The notes: generated by a model from the letters alone, not told the origin. 64,000 bases of DNA from Candidatus Moraniibacteriota bacterium (GCA_030648835.1 JAUSGT010000001.1:133010-197009), one strand, 5' to 3'. Shown: positions 1 through 9,552, numbered from the stretch's first letter. Numbers and translations: made by a program.

Positions 1-991
1 GGGACCGATCACGCTGCCTCAGTATGGCTTGACGGTGGATGCGGATAATTTCATCCCCATCATTCAGGAGCAAGTGGAAGTGAAATACGATAGAGAGGAA
101 AATCAGCCGAAAAAAGTGTTGGCCGATCTCACGGCGCTCCTTTTGGAAAAAGTTTTCGATTCGCAGGACAAGATGACGCTGTATAAAGTCGCGGAGGCGC
201 TCGTGTTGGGGTTGAACGAGAAGCAGATGCTTATCTATATGCGTCATCCGGAAACGGAAGCGCTCATTGACGAGGCGGGCTGGTCGGGGCGGGTGCTCGA
301 GACAGAGGGTGACTACCTCTCCGTCATTCATACCAATATCAACGGATACAAAACAGATGGGGTAATCGATGAAACCCTGAAACACAAGGCGGAGATAGGA
401 GAAGACGGTTCGATCATCGACACGGTGACTATCACTCGGACGCACCGGGGTGGGCACACACCGTACGAGTGGTGGAACAAGGTAAACGCGGATTATCTGC
501 GCGTCTACGTGCCACTCGGTTCGGAACTTTTATCGGCCAAGGGGGCGACATGGGAGTTCCCCGAAGCGCCGCTTGATTATCAAGCGCTTGGTTTTCGTCG
601 TGACGCGGATGTCCTGCGTGAAGAAAATTCCATCGTCATTGACGAGAAAAGCGGAACCCGTATGTATCCGGATGCCGGTAAAACCGTTTTTGGCGCCTGG
701 GTATATGTCAGTCCGCAAGAATCGGTAACCGTCGAGTATCGATATCGTTTGCCGTTTGGCATAGATGTGAAAAAAATACGGGACGGCGGCGTCGCTTCGT
801 ATGCGATGTTGTATCAGAAGCAGTCCGGATCTATCGGTAGCAAACTTTTCTCAACAGTAGTTTTCCCCGAAAAATTGGGAGTAATTTGGCAGATGAATGG
901 AAATCTGATACCGTACGATCGTGAGTGGAAGCTTGAAACCGATTTGAAAACCGACGTCTTTGCCGGAATGGTTTTCGGTGCTGTAAAATGA
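1..991 (+). CDS. DUF4012-like membrane-anchored protein, C-terminal part (5' truncated by window)
   Basis: Frame is open from position 2. Motifs NINGYKTD, YLRVYVP and YQKQSG match NLNSFKTD, FFRAYVP and IQKQPG in the paralog at 54257. Confidence 0.65.
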   Translation, partial: GPITLPQYGLTVDADNFIPIIQEQVEVKYDREENQPKKVLADLTALLLEKVFDSQDKMTLYKVAEALVLGLNEKQMLIYMRHPETEALIDEAGWSGRVLETEGDYLSVIHTNINGYKTDGVIDETLKHKAEIGEDGSIIDTVTITRTHRGGHTPYEWWNKVNADYLRVYVPLGSELLSAKGATWEFPEAPLDYQALGFRRDADVLREENSIVIDEKSGTRMYPDAGKTVFGAWVYVSPQESVTVEYRYRLPFGIDVKKIRDGGVASYAMLYQKQSGSIGSKLFSTVVFPEKLGVIWQMNGNLIPYDREWKLETDLKTDVFAGMVFGAVK

Positions 992-2655
992 ATACCCCTA
1001 TGATCAAACGCTGGATACAAGGTCTTGCGCTCTGGAGCAGTACTCCGAGTAAAACAGTCGGCAGCGCGGCCTTGCTCATCGCGGTTGCCGGTATTGCCAG
1101 TCGTATCTTGGGATTTTTTCGTGATCGTATTTTGGCTTCGCATTTTGGCGCGGGGGATGTTCTGGACGCTTATTACGCGGCTTTTCGTATCCCGGATTTG
1201 ATTTACAGTTTTCTCGTTTTGGGAGCATTGAGCGTGGCGTTCATTCCGGTTTTTACCGAGTTTCTGGCCGATAAGAAAGAAGAAGAGGCATGGAAATTGA
1301 CTGCCGGCATTTTGCATCTGATGCTTTTCTTGCTCGGGGTGTTGGCGCTTCTCGGTATCTTTTTTGCTCCATGGCTGACGGGTCTGATTGCTCCGGGTTT
1401 CGCCGCGGAAAAAAGAGAAATCGTCATTACGTTGACGCGAGTGATGCTTCTTTCTCCGATTTTTCTTGCGGTGAGCGCGGTGTTCGGAGGAGTACTTGTC
1501 TCTTTCAAACAATTTGCGGCGTATTCGTTTGCGCCGGTTTTTTACAATATCGGCATCATCTGCGGAGCGCTGTTTCTGGTTCCTCTCTTTGGTCCGCTTG
1601 GTCTGGCTTGGGGTGTCGTCTTGGGATCACTCCTCCATATGCTGGTGCAGTATCCATCCCTCAGAAACTGCGGGTTCCGTTATCAGTTGTATTTTGTGCA
1701 TGCTTGGAAAGATCAGGCGGTTCGGCGTGTCGCGAAGCTCATGATCCCGCGTTCGCTCGGTATGGCGGTGAATCAGGTGAGCTTGCTGGTGATAACGATC
1801 TTTGCATCAACCTTGGCATCCGGAAGTCTGGCGGTTTTTACGCTTGCCAACAATATCCAAAGCGTGCCGCTCGGGTTGTTCGGTATCGCGTTCGCGCTGG
1901 CGGTTTTTCCGTCGCTTTCTTTTTTTGCCGCCAAGAAAAGGGAGCAGGATTTTTTTGAAATATTGACGCAGACATCGCGACGTATCCTGTTTTTCGTTTT
2001 GCCGCTCTCCCTTTTTATGATTATCTTTCGCGCCCAATTCGTGCGCGTTATTTTGGGGAGCGGACAGTTCGATTGGGAAGACACAATTCTGACTTTTCAG
2101 GTGCTGGGATTCCTTTCGGTGAGTCTTTTCGCCCAGAGTTTGATACCGCTGTTCGCGCGCGCGTTCTTCGCTCTTCAAAATACCAAGACTCCTTTTTATA
2201 TTGCTCTCTTCAGTACGGCGTTCCAAATCGCTCTCATCCCTATCCTTTTGCCGCAGTATGCCGTTCTCGGTTTGGCCATTGCGTTTTCGGTGGGGAGTGT
2301 CATCAATCTTGTATTTCTGTACCTTGCTTTGCGGAGAAGAGTCTCTTTGTGGGATGACCGTGCGTTTCTCTATCCGACGCTCAAAATTCTTTTTGCGGCG
2401 CTTGTGGCCGGGGCTATCGCGCAGGCTTCCAAATCCGTCTTCGCCCTGACGATAAGTGAACTGGATACGTTTGTGAAGGTTTTCCTCCAGCTTCTCATGG
2501 GGCTCGTCATCGGCGGGGTGTCCTTCGTCGTGGTGTGTCACTTGCTCCGGATAGACGAGCTTCAGATGGTGAAACGTTTTCTCATCTACAAGGTTTTGCG
2601 TCAACCGGAAACAGCCGCGTTGGCTGAAGACCATCCGGAACGGGGGGATTGGTAA
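988..2655 (+). CDS. murJ: Lipid II flippase MurJ/MviN
   Basis: SRILGFFRD..DAYYAAFRIPD motif; about 14 hydrophobic segments; LARAFFALQNTKTP. Confidence 0.93.
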   Translation: MNTPMIKRWIQGLALWSSTPSKTVGSAALLIAVAGIASRILGFFRDRILASHFGAGDVLDAYYAAFRIPDLIYSFLVLGALSVAFIPVFTEFLADKKEEEAWKLTAGILHLMLFLLGVLALLGIFFAPWLTGLIAPGFAAEKREIVITLTRVMLLSPIFLAVSAVFGGVLVSFKQFAAYSFAPVFYNIGIICGALFLVPLFGPLGLAWGVVLGSLLHMLVQYPSLRNCGFRYQLYFVHAWKDQAVRRVAKLMIPRSLGMAVNQVSLLVITIFASTLASGSLAVFTLANNIQSVPLGLFGIAFALAVFPSLSFFAAKKREQDFFEILTQTSRRILFFVLPLSLFMIIFRAQFVRVILGSGQFDWEDTILTFQVLGFLSVSLFAQSLIPLFARAFFALQNTKTPFYIALFSTAFQIALIPILLPQYAVLGLAIAFSVGSVINLVFLYLALRRRVSLWDDRAFLYPTLKILFAALVAGAIAQASKSVFALTISELDTFVKVFLQLLMGLVIGGVSFVVVCHLLRIDELQMVKRFLIYKVLRQPETAALAEDHPERGDW

Positions 2656-2680
2656 ATATAAAAAATTTCATTCGAGAATA

Positions 2681-2725
2681 AAAAATCCTACTTTTCCGTT
2701 AACCGATTGGAAGAGTAGGATTTTT
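2681..2725. terminator. Bidirectional intrinsic terminator between murJ and the convergent small ORF
   Basis: AAAAATCCTACTTTTCC...GGAAGAGTAGGATTTTT stem with A/T tails on both sides. Confidence 0.7.
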
Positions 2726-2758
2726 GATAACACTGTATCAGATGGGGAGTCTTCGGAT

Positions 2759-2938
2759 TTACGAAGAACATGGAAGAGAGAGATGCCTTCGTATGGGCAC
2801 TATTTTTTCTTTTCCACATGTGCAACGGTAAATCCGGTTGACAATTTCATACCCTTCATCCGGAGCCTTGGTGACGCTTGTTTCATCCGTACTGAAGTAC
2901 ACAAGAGATTCCCCGCAATGGTCGCATAGAGTGAACAT
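2759..2938 (-). CDS. 59-aa Zn-ribbon-like microprotein (not in ORF track)
   Basis: Hand translation MFTLCDHCGESL...IYRCTCGKEKIVPIRRHLSLPCSS*. AGGAG lies 7 nt upstream; CxxC...CxC pattern. Confidence 0.6.
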   Translation of the reverse strand: MFTLCDHCGESLVYFSTDETSVTKAPDEGYEIVNRIYRCTCGKEKIVPIRRHLSLPCSS

Positions 2939-2985
2939 CGTTATTCTCCTTCTGAAGGTGAAAAAGTTGAAATTATTTGGTTGTT

Positions 2986-3024
2986 AAAAAACAAAAAACC
3001 GACTATCGGTGAAGAGTCGGTTTT
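2986..3024 (-). terminator. Attenuator terminator hairpin (3:4)
   Basis: Minus strand AAAACCGACT-CTTCACCGAT-AGTCGGTTTT followed by TTGTTTTTT. Confidence 0.7.
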
Positions 3025-3057
3025 CATTTTGTAATCTTTTGAGCTACAAGACGAAAA

Positions 3058-3123
3058 TCAAACCTTCACCGGCGAGCCGGTAAAATAAAACCAAAAAAAG
3101 AATGACATCTGTATTTGTAGCAT
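3058..3123 (-). CDS. Aromatic-rich leader peptide MLQIQMSFFFWFYFTGSPVKV
   Basis: 21 codons with seven consecutive Phe/Trp/Tyr codons, overlapping alternative hairpins upstream of a terminator. Confidence 0.65.
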   Translation of the reverse strand: MLQIQMSFFFWFYFTGSPVKV

Positions 3124-3129
3124 ATATTT

Positions 3130-3158
3130 ACTGTATAAAATCCATTCTTTTTTGTCAA
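3130..3158 (-). promoter_or_regulatory. Sigma70-type promoter for the leader peptide
   Basis: TTGACA-17 nt-TACAGT on the minus strand; ATG follows 6 nt after the -10 box (leaderless spacing). Confidence 0.6.
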
Positions 3159-3249
3159 CAAGATTGTAAGGGGTTGACAATCCAGTTAAATAGTGCTTAA
3201 ATATAGTTTGTCATTTACCAACGTGTTTTTTCAAAAGGGAGTGAAGGCA

Positions 3250-3501
3250 ATGCCGGAAAAGCTGAAGATCGAAGAATATTTTACTGCCGCGAAAAAAAGA
3301 ATGCTCGGCCATGGCGGAATGAACGGCGAGTCGCTGACGGTTACATTGTCGGCAACGAGAGACATCCTCGACTTCGCCGAAAAGCGGGCGCAAGAATGGG
3401 GAGTTTCTTTGTCGCCCGATTTTCACGTTTTCCGGAAAAGTTTGAATGATCCCGAGAAAGTACAGGCCATTATTGAGGAAGGAGAAAAAACAGGCGCGTG
3501 A
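3250..3501 (+). CDS. Hypothetical protein (83 aa)
   Basis: ATG preceded by AAGGGAG; TTGACA upstream at 3174. Confidence 0.5.
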   Translation: MPEKLKIEEYFTAAKKRMLGHGGMNGESLTVTLSATRDILDFAEKRAQEWGVSLSPDFHVFRKSLNDPEKVQAIIEEGEKTGA

Positions 3502-3672
3502 ACCACGCGCAGCCAGACTCGTCTGGGGAAGCGTCACTTGGAATGTCAAGGACGCTTTTTTCATTTTTTCTTGCTTTGAAAGCATTTTTCATTTACCCTG
3601 TGTAATACGACTTGCTCCGCAAGTTGTCATCGTACTTTAGTACGATATTACACAGGGTGAACTCTGAACCAT

Positions 3673-5484
3673 ATGTCACTTCGCCAACAAAACATCCGCA
3701 ATTTTTGCATTATTGCGCACATCGATCACGGTAAGTCCACGTTGGCTGATCGTCTGCTTGAGCTGACCAAAACGGTGGAAATGCGCAAAATGAAAGAGCA
3801 GCTTTTGGATCAGATGGATCTGGAACGGGAGCGTGGCATCACCATCAAGCTGCAGCCGGTGCAGATGCATCATACCTACAAAGGTGTTGAGTATATGCTG
3901 AATCTGATCGATACTCCGGGGCATGTGGATTTTCATTACGAGGTTTCCCGCTCGCTAGCGGCTGTCGAGGGAGCCATTCTTCTCGTGGATGCGACCAAAG
4001 GCGTTCAAGCTCAGACATTGGCCAATCTTTACTTGGCTGTTGAACAAGGATTGACTATCATTCCGGTGGTGAACAAAATTGACCTGCCCAACGCGCAAAC
4101 GGAAAAAACAAAAAAAGAAATCGTGCATATTCTCGGCTGTCGAGAAGAAGATATCCTTCTGGCGTCCGGCAAGACGGGGCAGGGAGTTGAGCAGGTGTTG
4201 GAGCGGGTGATCGAATTGGTTCCTGCGCCGGGTGGGGATGAAGCCAAGCCACTTCGCGCGCTCATTTTTGATTCCGTCTACAACACGTACAAAGGAGTGG
4301 TTGCCTATGTGAAAGTCGTCGATGGTACCGTCAAGCGTGATGATGCACTCCATATGCTCGGAACGGAGAAAGAGGGGGTGACAGTGGAAGTCGGGTTGTT
4401 CAAACCGGGACTGGTGCCAACCGATATCCTGCGGGCCGGCGATATCGGCTATATTGCGACGGGGCTGAAAGAAGTGGGTCATTGTCGGGTGGGCGATACG
4501 GTGACGTGGAGGGTAGGAGAGCGTGAGAAAATGATTGCCTTGCGTTTGCCGGGGTACAAAGAAATCAAACCGGCCGTCTATGCTAGTCTGTATCCGGTGG
4601 AGGGGGATGATTATACGCTGATGCGCGATAGCTTGGATAAATTGAAACTCAACGATGCGGCATTCACTTTTGAACCGGAGAGCAATCAGGCCTTGGGCAG
4701 AGGTTTCCGTTGTGGTTTCTTGGGACTGCTTCATTTGGAAATCATTCAGGCGCGGTTGGAGCGTGAATTCAATCTGACACCGACCATCACGACACCGTCA
4801 GTCGTTTACGAATTGGAACTGCACGGCAGCGAAAAACGTATCGCGCTTTATTCACCCTCCGATTTGCCGGATCCGGCCAGCATCGAGAAGATCTATGAGC
4901 CGTATGTGGCCCTCTCCATCGTGACACCGAGCGAATACCTCGGTAATGTGATGTCACTTTCTCAGTCAATTCGGGCGGATTACAAGAATACCGAATACAT
5001 TGATGCGGAGCGAGCCCTCCTCACCTTCGAAGCGCCACTTATGGACGTCATCGTCAATTTTCATGATGATTTGAAGAGTGCGACATCCGGGTACGCATCG
5101 ATGAATTATGAGCCGATCGAGTACCGCGAGAGCGATGTGGTGAAATTGGAAATTCTTGTGGCCGGCGAACGCATCGATGCGTTCGCGCGAATGATTCCCA
5201 GGCGCGCCGCGTATGGCGAGGGCAAGCGTGTCGTGGAAAAGTTGAAAGAAGTTATCCCCAAACAGAACTTCGCGGTGGCTATCCAGGCGGCTATCGGTGG
5301 CAAGGTTATCGCTCGGGAAACTATTGCGGCCTATCGCAAGGACGTGACAGGGTATCTCTATGGCGGCGACTTCTCACGCAAGAAAAAGCTGCTGGAGAAA
5401 CAGAAGCGGGGAAAAAAGAAAATGAGAGACATCGGCAAAGTGAACATTCCCAGTCAGGCTTTTCTGGCTGTTTTGAAGAAATAG
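3673..5484 (+). CDS. lepA: Elongation factor 4
   Basis: IRNFCIIAHIDHGKSTLADRL, DTPGH, NKID; C-terminal RKKKLLEKQKRGKKKM. Confidence 0.98.
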   Translation: MSLRQQNIRNFCIIAHIDHGKSTLADRLLELTKTVEMRKMKEQLLDQMDLERERGITIKLQPVQMHHTYKGVEYMLNLIDTPGHVDFHYEVSRSLAAVEGAILLVDATKGVQAQTLANLYLAVEQGLTIIPVVNKIDLPNAQTEKTKKEIVHILGCREEDILLASGKTGQGVEQVLERVIELVPAPGGDEAKPLRALIFDSVYNTYKGVVAYVKVVDGTVKRDDALHMLGTEKEGVTVEVGLFKPGLVPTDILRAGDIGYIATGLKEVGHCRVGDTVTWRVGEREKMIALRLPGYKEIKPAVYASLYPVEGDDYTLMRDSLDKLKLNDAAFTFEPESNQALGRGFRCGFLGLLHLEIIQARLEREFNLTPTITTPSVVYELELHGSEKRIALYSPSDLPDPASIEKIYEPYVALSIVTPSEYLGNVMSLSQSIRADYKNTEYIDAERALLTFEAPLMDVIVNFHDDLKSATSGYASMNYEPIEYRESDVVKLEILVAGERIDAFARMIPRRAAYGEGKRVVEKLKEVIPKQNFAVAIQAAIGGKVIARETIAAYRKDVTGYLYGGDFSRKKKLLEKQKRGKKKMRDIGKVNIPSQAFLAVLKK

Positions 5485-5546
5485 TTTTGCCTTTTTTGGC
5501 GATTTTGAGTATACTGACTGCATATAATTATTTCAATCTTAACTCT

Positions 5547-5858
5547 ATGGCGATGGAATTTACCGATGCGAATTTTGATCAAGAGGTGTTGAAAAGCGAC
5601 AAGCCGACGCTCGTTGATTTCTGGGCGCCGTGGTGCGGGCCATGTCAGTTGATGGGGCCGGTGATTGACGACCTGGCCAAGGAAATGACGGCGGTAAAGA
5701 TCGGCAAGGTCAATGTGGATGAAAACCCTGCGACGGCGGCGGCCTATGGCATCATGTCGATTCCGACGATGAAAGTGTTCAAGGGTGGGCAGGTAGTCAA
5801 AGAGTTTATGGGGGTACAGGCGAAAGACAAGCTGAAAAGCGAGCTTTCTGCCATCTAA
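5547..5858 (+). CDS. trxA: Thioredoxin
   Basis: VDFWAPWCGPC; start moved to ATG 5547. Confidence 0.95.
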   Translation: MAMEFTDANFDQEVLKSDKPTLVDFWAPWCGPCQLMGPVIDDLAKEMTAVKIGKVNVDENPATAAAYGIMSIPTMKVFKGGQVVKEFMGVQAKDKLKSELSAI

Positions 5859-5877
5859 AAAACAAATCCTAACAAAT

Positions 5878-6008
5878 TATGCCCGGTAGTGAAACTTCGA
5901 CTGGGTATTCGTGTGAAATCAAACAATAGCAAGGGGTGTCAAAAATAAACATTAACTTAGACTTCCGCAGCATATAAAAAAGTTGTCGAAGTTCTACTAC
6001 CGGGTATG
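5878..6008 (+). mobile_element. Start-codon-associated inverted-repeat element, copy 1 (type A)
   Basis: TATG-CCCGGTAGTGAAACTTCGAC...GTCGAAGTTCTACTACCGGG-TATG; 123-bp core; ends on the yjbQ ATG. Confidence 0.8.
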
Positions 6009-6446
6009 AAAATTCACAAGGAGAGAATCGATCTCGAGAGCAAGACGCAGATCGAGTTTATGGATATCACGGACCGGGTGCAGGAAATCGTCGATCGTTC
6101 CGGTATTCGTGAAGGGCAGGCGCTCATTTATGTGCCACATACGACGATGGGCGTCGCCATCAACCACAACGAATCGATGCTCATTCAGGATTTTATGCGC
6201 ATTTTGTACAAAATGGTGCCGGTGGACGAGCACTATTCCCATGATCTTTTCGAATTGAGGCGTGCGTCCGGTTCCGACGGGCGGAGCAACGGCCACTCGC
6301 ATTGCAAAGCCATCCTTTTGGGCAACAGTGAAACGATCCCCGTAGAAAAGGGCAAGCTTCTTCTGACGGAGCGGCAGAATATCTTCGCCGTAGAATTCGA
6401 CGGTTCCCGCAAGCGTGATGTGTTTATTCAGGTAATCGGATTGTAA
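6006..6446 (+). CDS. yjbQ: YjbQ/UPF0047 family protein
   Basis: HTT..INHNE, NGHSHCK, EFDG.RKR motifs. Confidence 0.85.
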   Translation: MKIHKERIDLESKTQIEFMDITDRVQEIVDRSGIREGQALIYVPHTTMGVAINHNESMLIQDFMRILYKMVPVDEHYSHDLFELRRASGSDGRSNGHSHCKAILLGNSETIPVEKGKLLLTERQNIFAVEFDGSRKRDVFIQVIGL

Positions 6447-6461
6447 ATAATATTTCTTCCT

Positions 6462-6594
6462 TATGCCCGGCAGTGAAACTTCGACCGGGCATTTATAAAT
6501 ATCCGATAAGAGCGGGAATACTGCGAGGATAAGTATTAAATCCGAACTTCCAGGATTTCTACGGAAATTGTCGAAGTTCTACTGACCGGGTATG
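6462..6594 (+). mobile_element. Start-codon-associated inverted-repeat element, copy 2 (type A)
   Basis: TATG-CCCGGCAGTGAAACTTCGAC...GTCGAAGTTCTACTGACCGGG-TATG; 125-bp core; ends on the pcm ATG. Confidence 0.8.
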
Positions 6595-7218
6595 GGTAGC
6601 GGGCTTGTCGAACTGCTTATTCGTAATGGGTATCTGAAATCGGAGGCAATCATTCGGGCATTCAATGAGATAACGCGGGCGGAATTTGTCCCACCGGAGT
6701 TTGAAGAGCAGGCGGAAGCCGATGTTCCTCTCCCTATCGGCTTTGGTCAGACGATATCCCAGCCGACAACGGTGGCGATTATGTTCGAGCTTCTTGACCC
6801 GCGACCGGGACAAAAAGTCCTCGATATCGGGAGCGGTTCCGGCTGGACAAGCGCGCTTCTGGGGAATATCGTCGGCGTAGGGGGCAGGGTAGCGGCTGTC
6901 GAGTTGCTTCCGGAGCTTCACACAATGACCAAATGCAATGTGGAGAAATTCGGTTTGGTGAGCGCCGGTATCGTAGAATGTGTCTTGGGTGACGGCAATC
7001 TGGGGTATGAGCCGTTCAAGCCGTACGACCGGATCCTTGTTTCTGCCGCGGCCGATGAAATTCCTCAGGCATTCAAGAAACAGCTCGCTGTCGGAGGGAA
7101 AATAGTGATTCCCGTTCACAACCATCTGGTGTATCTCGAAAAGCGCGGGGAGGACGATTACTACAAGGAAGAGTTTGCGGGATTTGTTTTTGTTCCTTTG
7201 GTTCAGAAATCATTTTAA
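6592..7218 (+). CDS. pcm: Protein-L-isoaspartate O-methyltransferase
   Basis: LPIGFGQTISQP, VLDIGSGSGW, PYDRILVSAAA, FVFVPL. Confidence 0.93.
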   Translation: MGSGLVELLIRNGYLKSEAIIRAFNEITRAEFVPPEFEEQAEADVPLPIGFGQTISQPTTVAIMFELLDPRPGQKVLDIGSGSGWTSALLGNIVGVGGRVAAVELLPELHTMTKCNVEKFGLVSAGIVECVLGDGNLGYEPFKPYDRILVSAAADEIPQAFKKQLAVGGKIVIPVHNHLVYLEKRGEDDYYKEEFAGFVFVPLVQKSF

Positions 7219-7228
7219 ATTCATTTTT

Positions 7229-8242
7229 GTGCGCATATTTTTATTTATTGCTCTGCTTTTTTCCACACTCACCTTTGGAGGGTTTTTTTATCTTTCGTAT
7301 GCGGCGCAGCACGCGAGCGGTGGCAATAGTCAAGTACAGCGTTTCGAGGTGAAACAGGGAGAGGGAATGTTCAGTCTGGGGGAACGTCTGGAGGCGGCCG
7401 GATTGATTTCTTCACGCTATGTGTTTCTGTGGCATCTCGTTCGCGTCGAAAAAACTCACAATCTCGTCGCCGGGACATACAGTTTGAGTGGCGAGATGTC
7501 TGTGGCGGGTATAGCCTTGGTAATCACGGAAGGCAAGACTGTTTCACGGGACGTGCGGATCACCTTTCCGGAAGGGTGGAATAGCAAGAAAATGGCGGAG
7601 CGTTTGACGGCCAATGGTTTGCCGGGGGCGAGTTTTCTTAGGTTAGTAGAGAAACCGCAGCCGGAACTGAGGAATCAATTTGATTTCCTTTCCGCTCTGC
7701 CCATTGGAGCGACGCTTGAAGGTTTTCTTTTCCCAGACACTTACTTTTTTGACCCGCAAACGTCCGCGGAAGCGATTGTCGAAAAAATGTTGACGAATTT
7801 TGGAAAAAAGTTTGATTCAGCGCTTCGGATGGCGGCTGAGAAGCAGAAACGCAGTCTCTTTGCTACGGTGACGCTTGCCAGTATTGTGGAGAATGAGGTG
7901 AAAACCGAGACCGATCGGAAAATAGTGGCTGATATTTTTTCACGGCGTCTGGCTATTGGACAAGCTCTCCAGAGCTGTGCGACACTTCAATACATATTGG
8001 GGGTTGATAGAGTACAGTACTCATATGCTGAAACACAAACACCATCACCGTACAATACCTATATCAATCCCGGTCTGCCACCAGGCCCAATCGGCAATCC
8101 CGGTCTGATGACGCTCAATGCGACCATTTCCCCACAAGCCAATCCATACTTCTATTTTTTGAATGATCCAAAAACCGGCGAGACTATTTTTTCGATTACG
8201 TATGAGGAACATCTGAAAAATAAGAGCTTGCATGGATTATAA
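7229..8242 (+). CDS. mltG: Endolytic transglycosylase MltG
   Basis: N-terminal TM; ITFPEG, LEGFLFPDTY, LASIVENE, SPYNTY..PGLPPGPIGNPG. GTG start at 7229 is inferred. Confidence 0.92.
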   Translation: MRIFLFIALLFSTLTFGGFFYLSYAAQHASGGNSQVQRFEVKQGEGMFSLGERLEAAGLISSRYVFLWHLVRVEKTHNLVAGTYSLSGEMSVAGIALVITEGKTVSRDVRITFPEGWNSKKMAERLTANGLPGASFLRLVEKPQPELRNQFDFLSALPIGATLEGFLFPDTYFFDPQTSAEAIVEKMLTNFGKKFDSALRMAAEKQKRSLFATVTLASIVENEVKTETDRKIVADIFSRRLAIGQALQSCATLQYILGVDRVQYSYAETQTPSPYNTYINPGLPPGPIGNPGLMTLNATISPQANPYFYFLNDPKTGETIFSITYEEHLKNKSLHGL

Positions 8243-8329
8243 GAGAGGGTTTTGAAGGACGCAAAGAGGCCGCGGGGCCTCTTTTTTAGCACTCTCGCGG
8301 AAAACGGCATTTTGCGATAGAGTAAAGAT

Positions 8330-9436
8330 ATGAAAATAGCTTTGGTGCATGATTATTTGGTGCAGTACGGGGGAGCGGAGCGGGTGCTCGAAGCCTTCAC
8401 CGAGCTTTTTCCCTATGCGCCGATTTATACGCTCATCCATGATCGAGAGGCGATGCATGGGATATTTGAGGGCAAGCGTATCTATACGTCGTTTCTCCAG
8501 CATCTGCCGTTCTCGCACAAGCGCCATCGTTTTTTCCCGCCTCTTATGCCATTGGCTATCGAGCAGTTTGACTTTAGCACATACGATATCGTGTTGTCGG
8601 ATTCGTCGAGTTACGCCAAAGGCATCATCACGCGGCCGGAGACACTCCATATCTGTTATATGCATACGCCGATGCGTTACGCGTGGGATGATTGTCAGAA
8701 ATATACGCAAGATTTTGGGTTCCCGCAAATGATCAAGAAGCTGGTACCGTTTTTTATGAACCCGATTCGCCTGTGGGACAAGGCGAGCGCGGACCGAGTG
8801 GATGGCTTTCTCGCCAATTCGCAGTTTGTCGCGAAACGAATCAAGAAATATTACCGTCAGGCGGCCACGGTTATTCATCCACCGGTCAATATCGATCGTT
8901 TTGCTATTGCCGAGAAACCGGGCAACTATTTTCTTATGGTGGGCCGTCTCATCGCCTACAAGCGTCACGATATCGCGATCGAAGCATTCAATCGGTTGAA
9001 ATTGCCGCTCAAAATTATCGGTCGCGGACCGGAATTCGGTCGTTTGAAAAAAATGGCCGGACCGACGATTGAATTCTTGGGACGGGTGCCGGAAGAGGAT
9101 TTGCCGAAGTTTTATGCCGAGTGCCGCGGATTTGTTTTCCCGCAAGAAGAGGACTTCGGCATTGTGGCCATTGAAGCCATGGCGTCAGGGCGACCACTCA
9201 TCGCTTACCGAGGCGGTGACATCGTGGAACACCTGGAGGAAGGTACTATGGGTGTGTTTTTCGATACGCAGACGCCGGAAGCCATTGTGGAGGCCGTGAA
9301 ACATTTTTGTGAGCGTGAGTATGATTCGCACTATATTAGGAGCAAGGCCGTCCCTTTTGACAAAGAACGATTTAAGACTACAATAAAGGACTACATCACA
9401 AATGCTTTGGAAAAGCATTTAATGTCAAATACCTAA
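8330..9436 (+). CDS. Glycosyltransferase family 4
   Basis: ALVHDYL..GGAERV; EDFGIVAIEAMASGRP. Confidence 0.9.
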   Translation: MKIALVHDYLVQYGGAERVLEAFTELFPYAPIYTLIHDREAMHGIFEGKRIYTSFLQHLPFSHKRHRFFPPLMPLAIEQFDFSTYDIVLSDSSSYAKGIITRPETLHICYMHTPMRYAWDDCQKYTQDFGFPQMIKKLVPFFMNPIRLWDKASADRVDGFLANSQFVAKRIKKYYRQAATVIHPPVNIDRFAIAEKPGNYFLMVGRLIAYKRHDIAIEAFNRLKLPLKIIGRGPEFGRLKKMAGPTIEFLGRVPEEDLPKFYAECRGFVFPQEEDFGIVAIEAMASGRPLIAYRGGDIVEHLEEGTMGVFFDTQTPEAIVEAVKHFCEREYDSHYIRSKAVPFDKERFKTTIKDYITNALEKHLMSNT

Positions 9437-9530
9437 TACCAAATATCTAATAATTAATAACATGAATTTTTATTGAGGAATTTGATATTGAGATATTCAT
9501 TAGGTATTAGAAATTAGATATTAGGAATTA
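9427..9530. repeat. Inverted pair of degenerate heptamer arrays (AATAYCT / TAGATAT type)
   Basis: AATACCT AATACCA AATATCT ... TAGGTAT TAGAAAT TAGATAT TAGGAAT. Confidence 0.65.
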
Positions 9531-9552
9531 CAAATTCATATTTGTCATAATT

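Noticed and set aside
5878-6594. Integron attC cassettes (yjbQ is flanked by two elements)
   Set aside because: The ends lack the RYYYAAC/GTTRRRY boxes, no integrase is present, and other copies precede essential operon genes.
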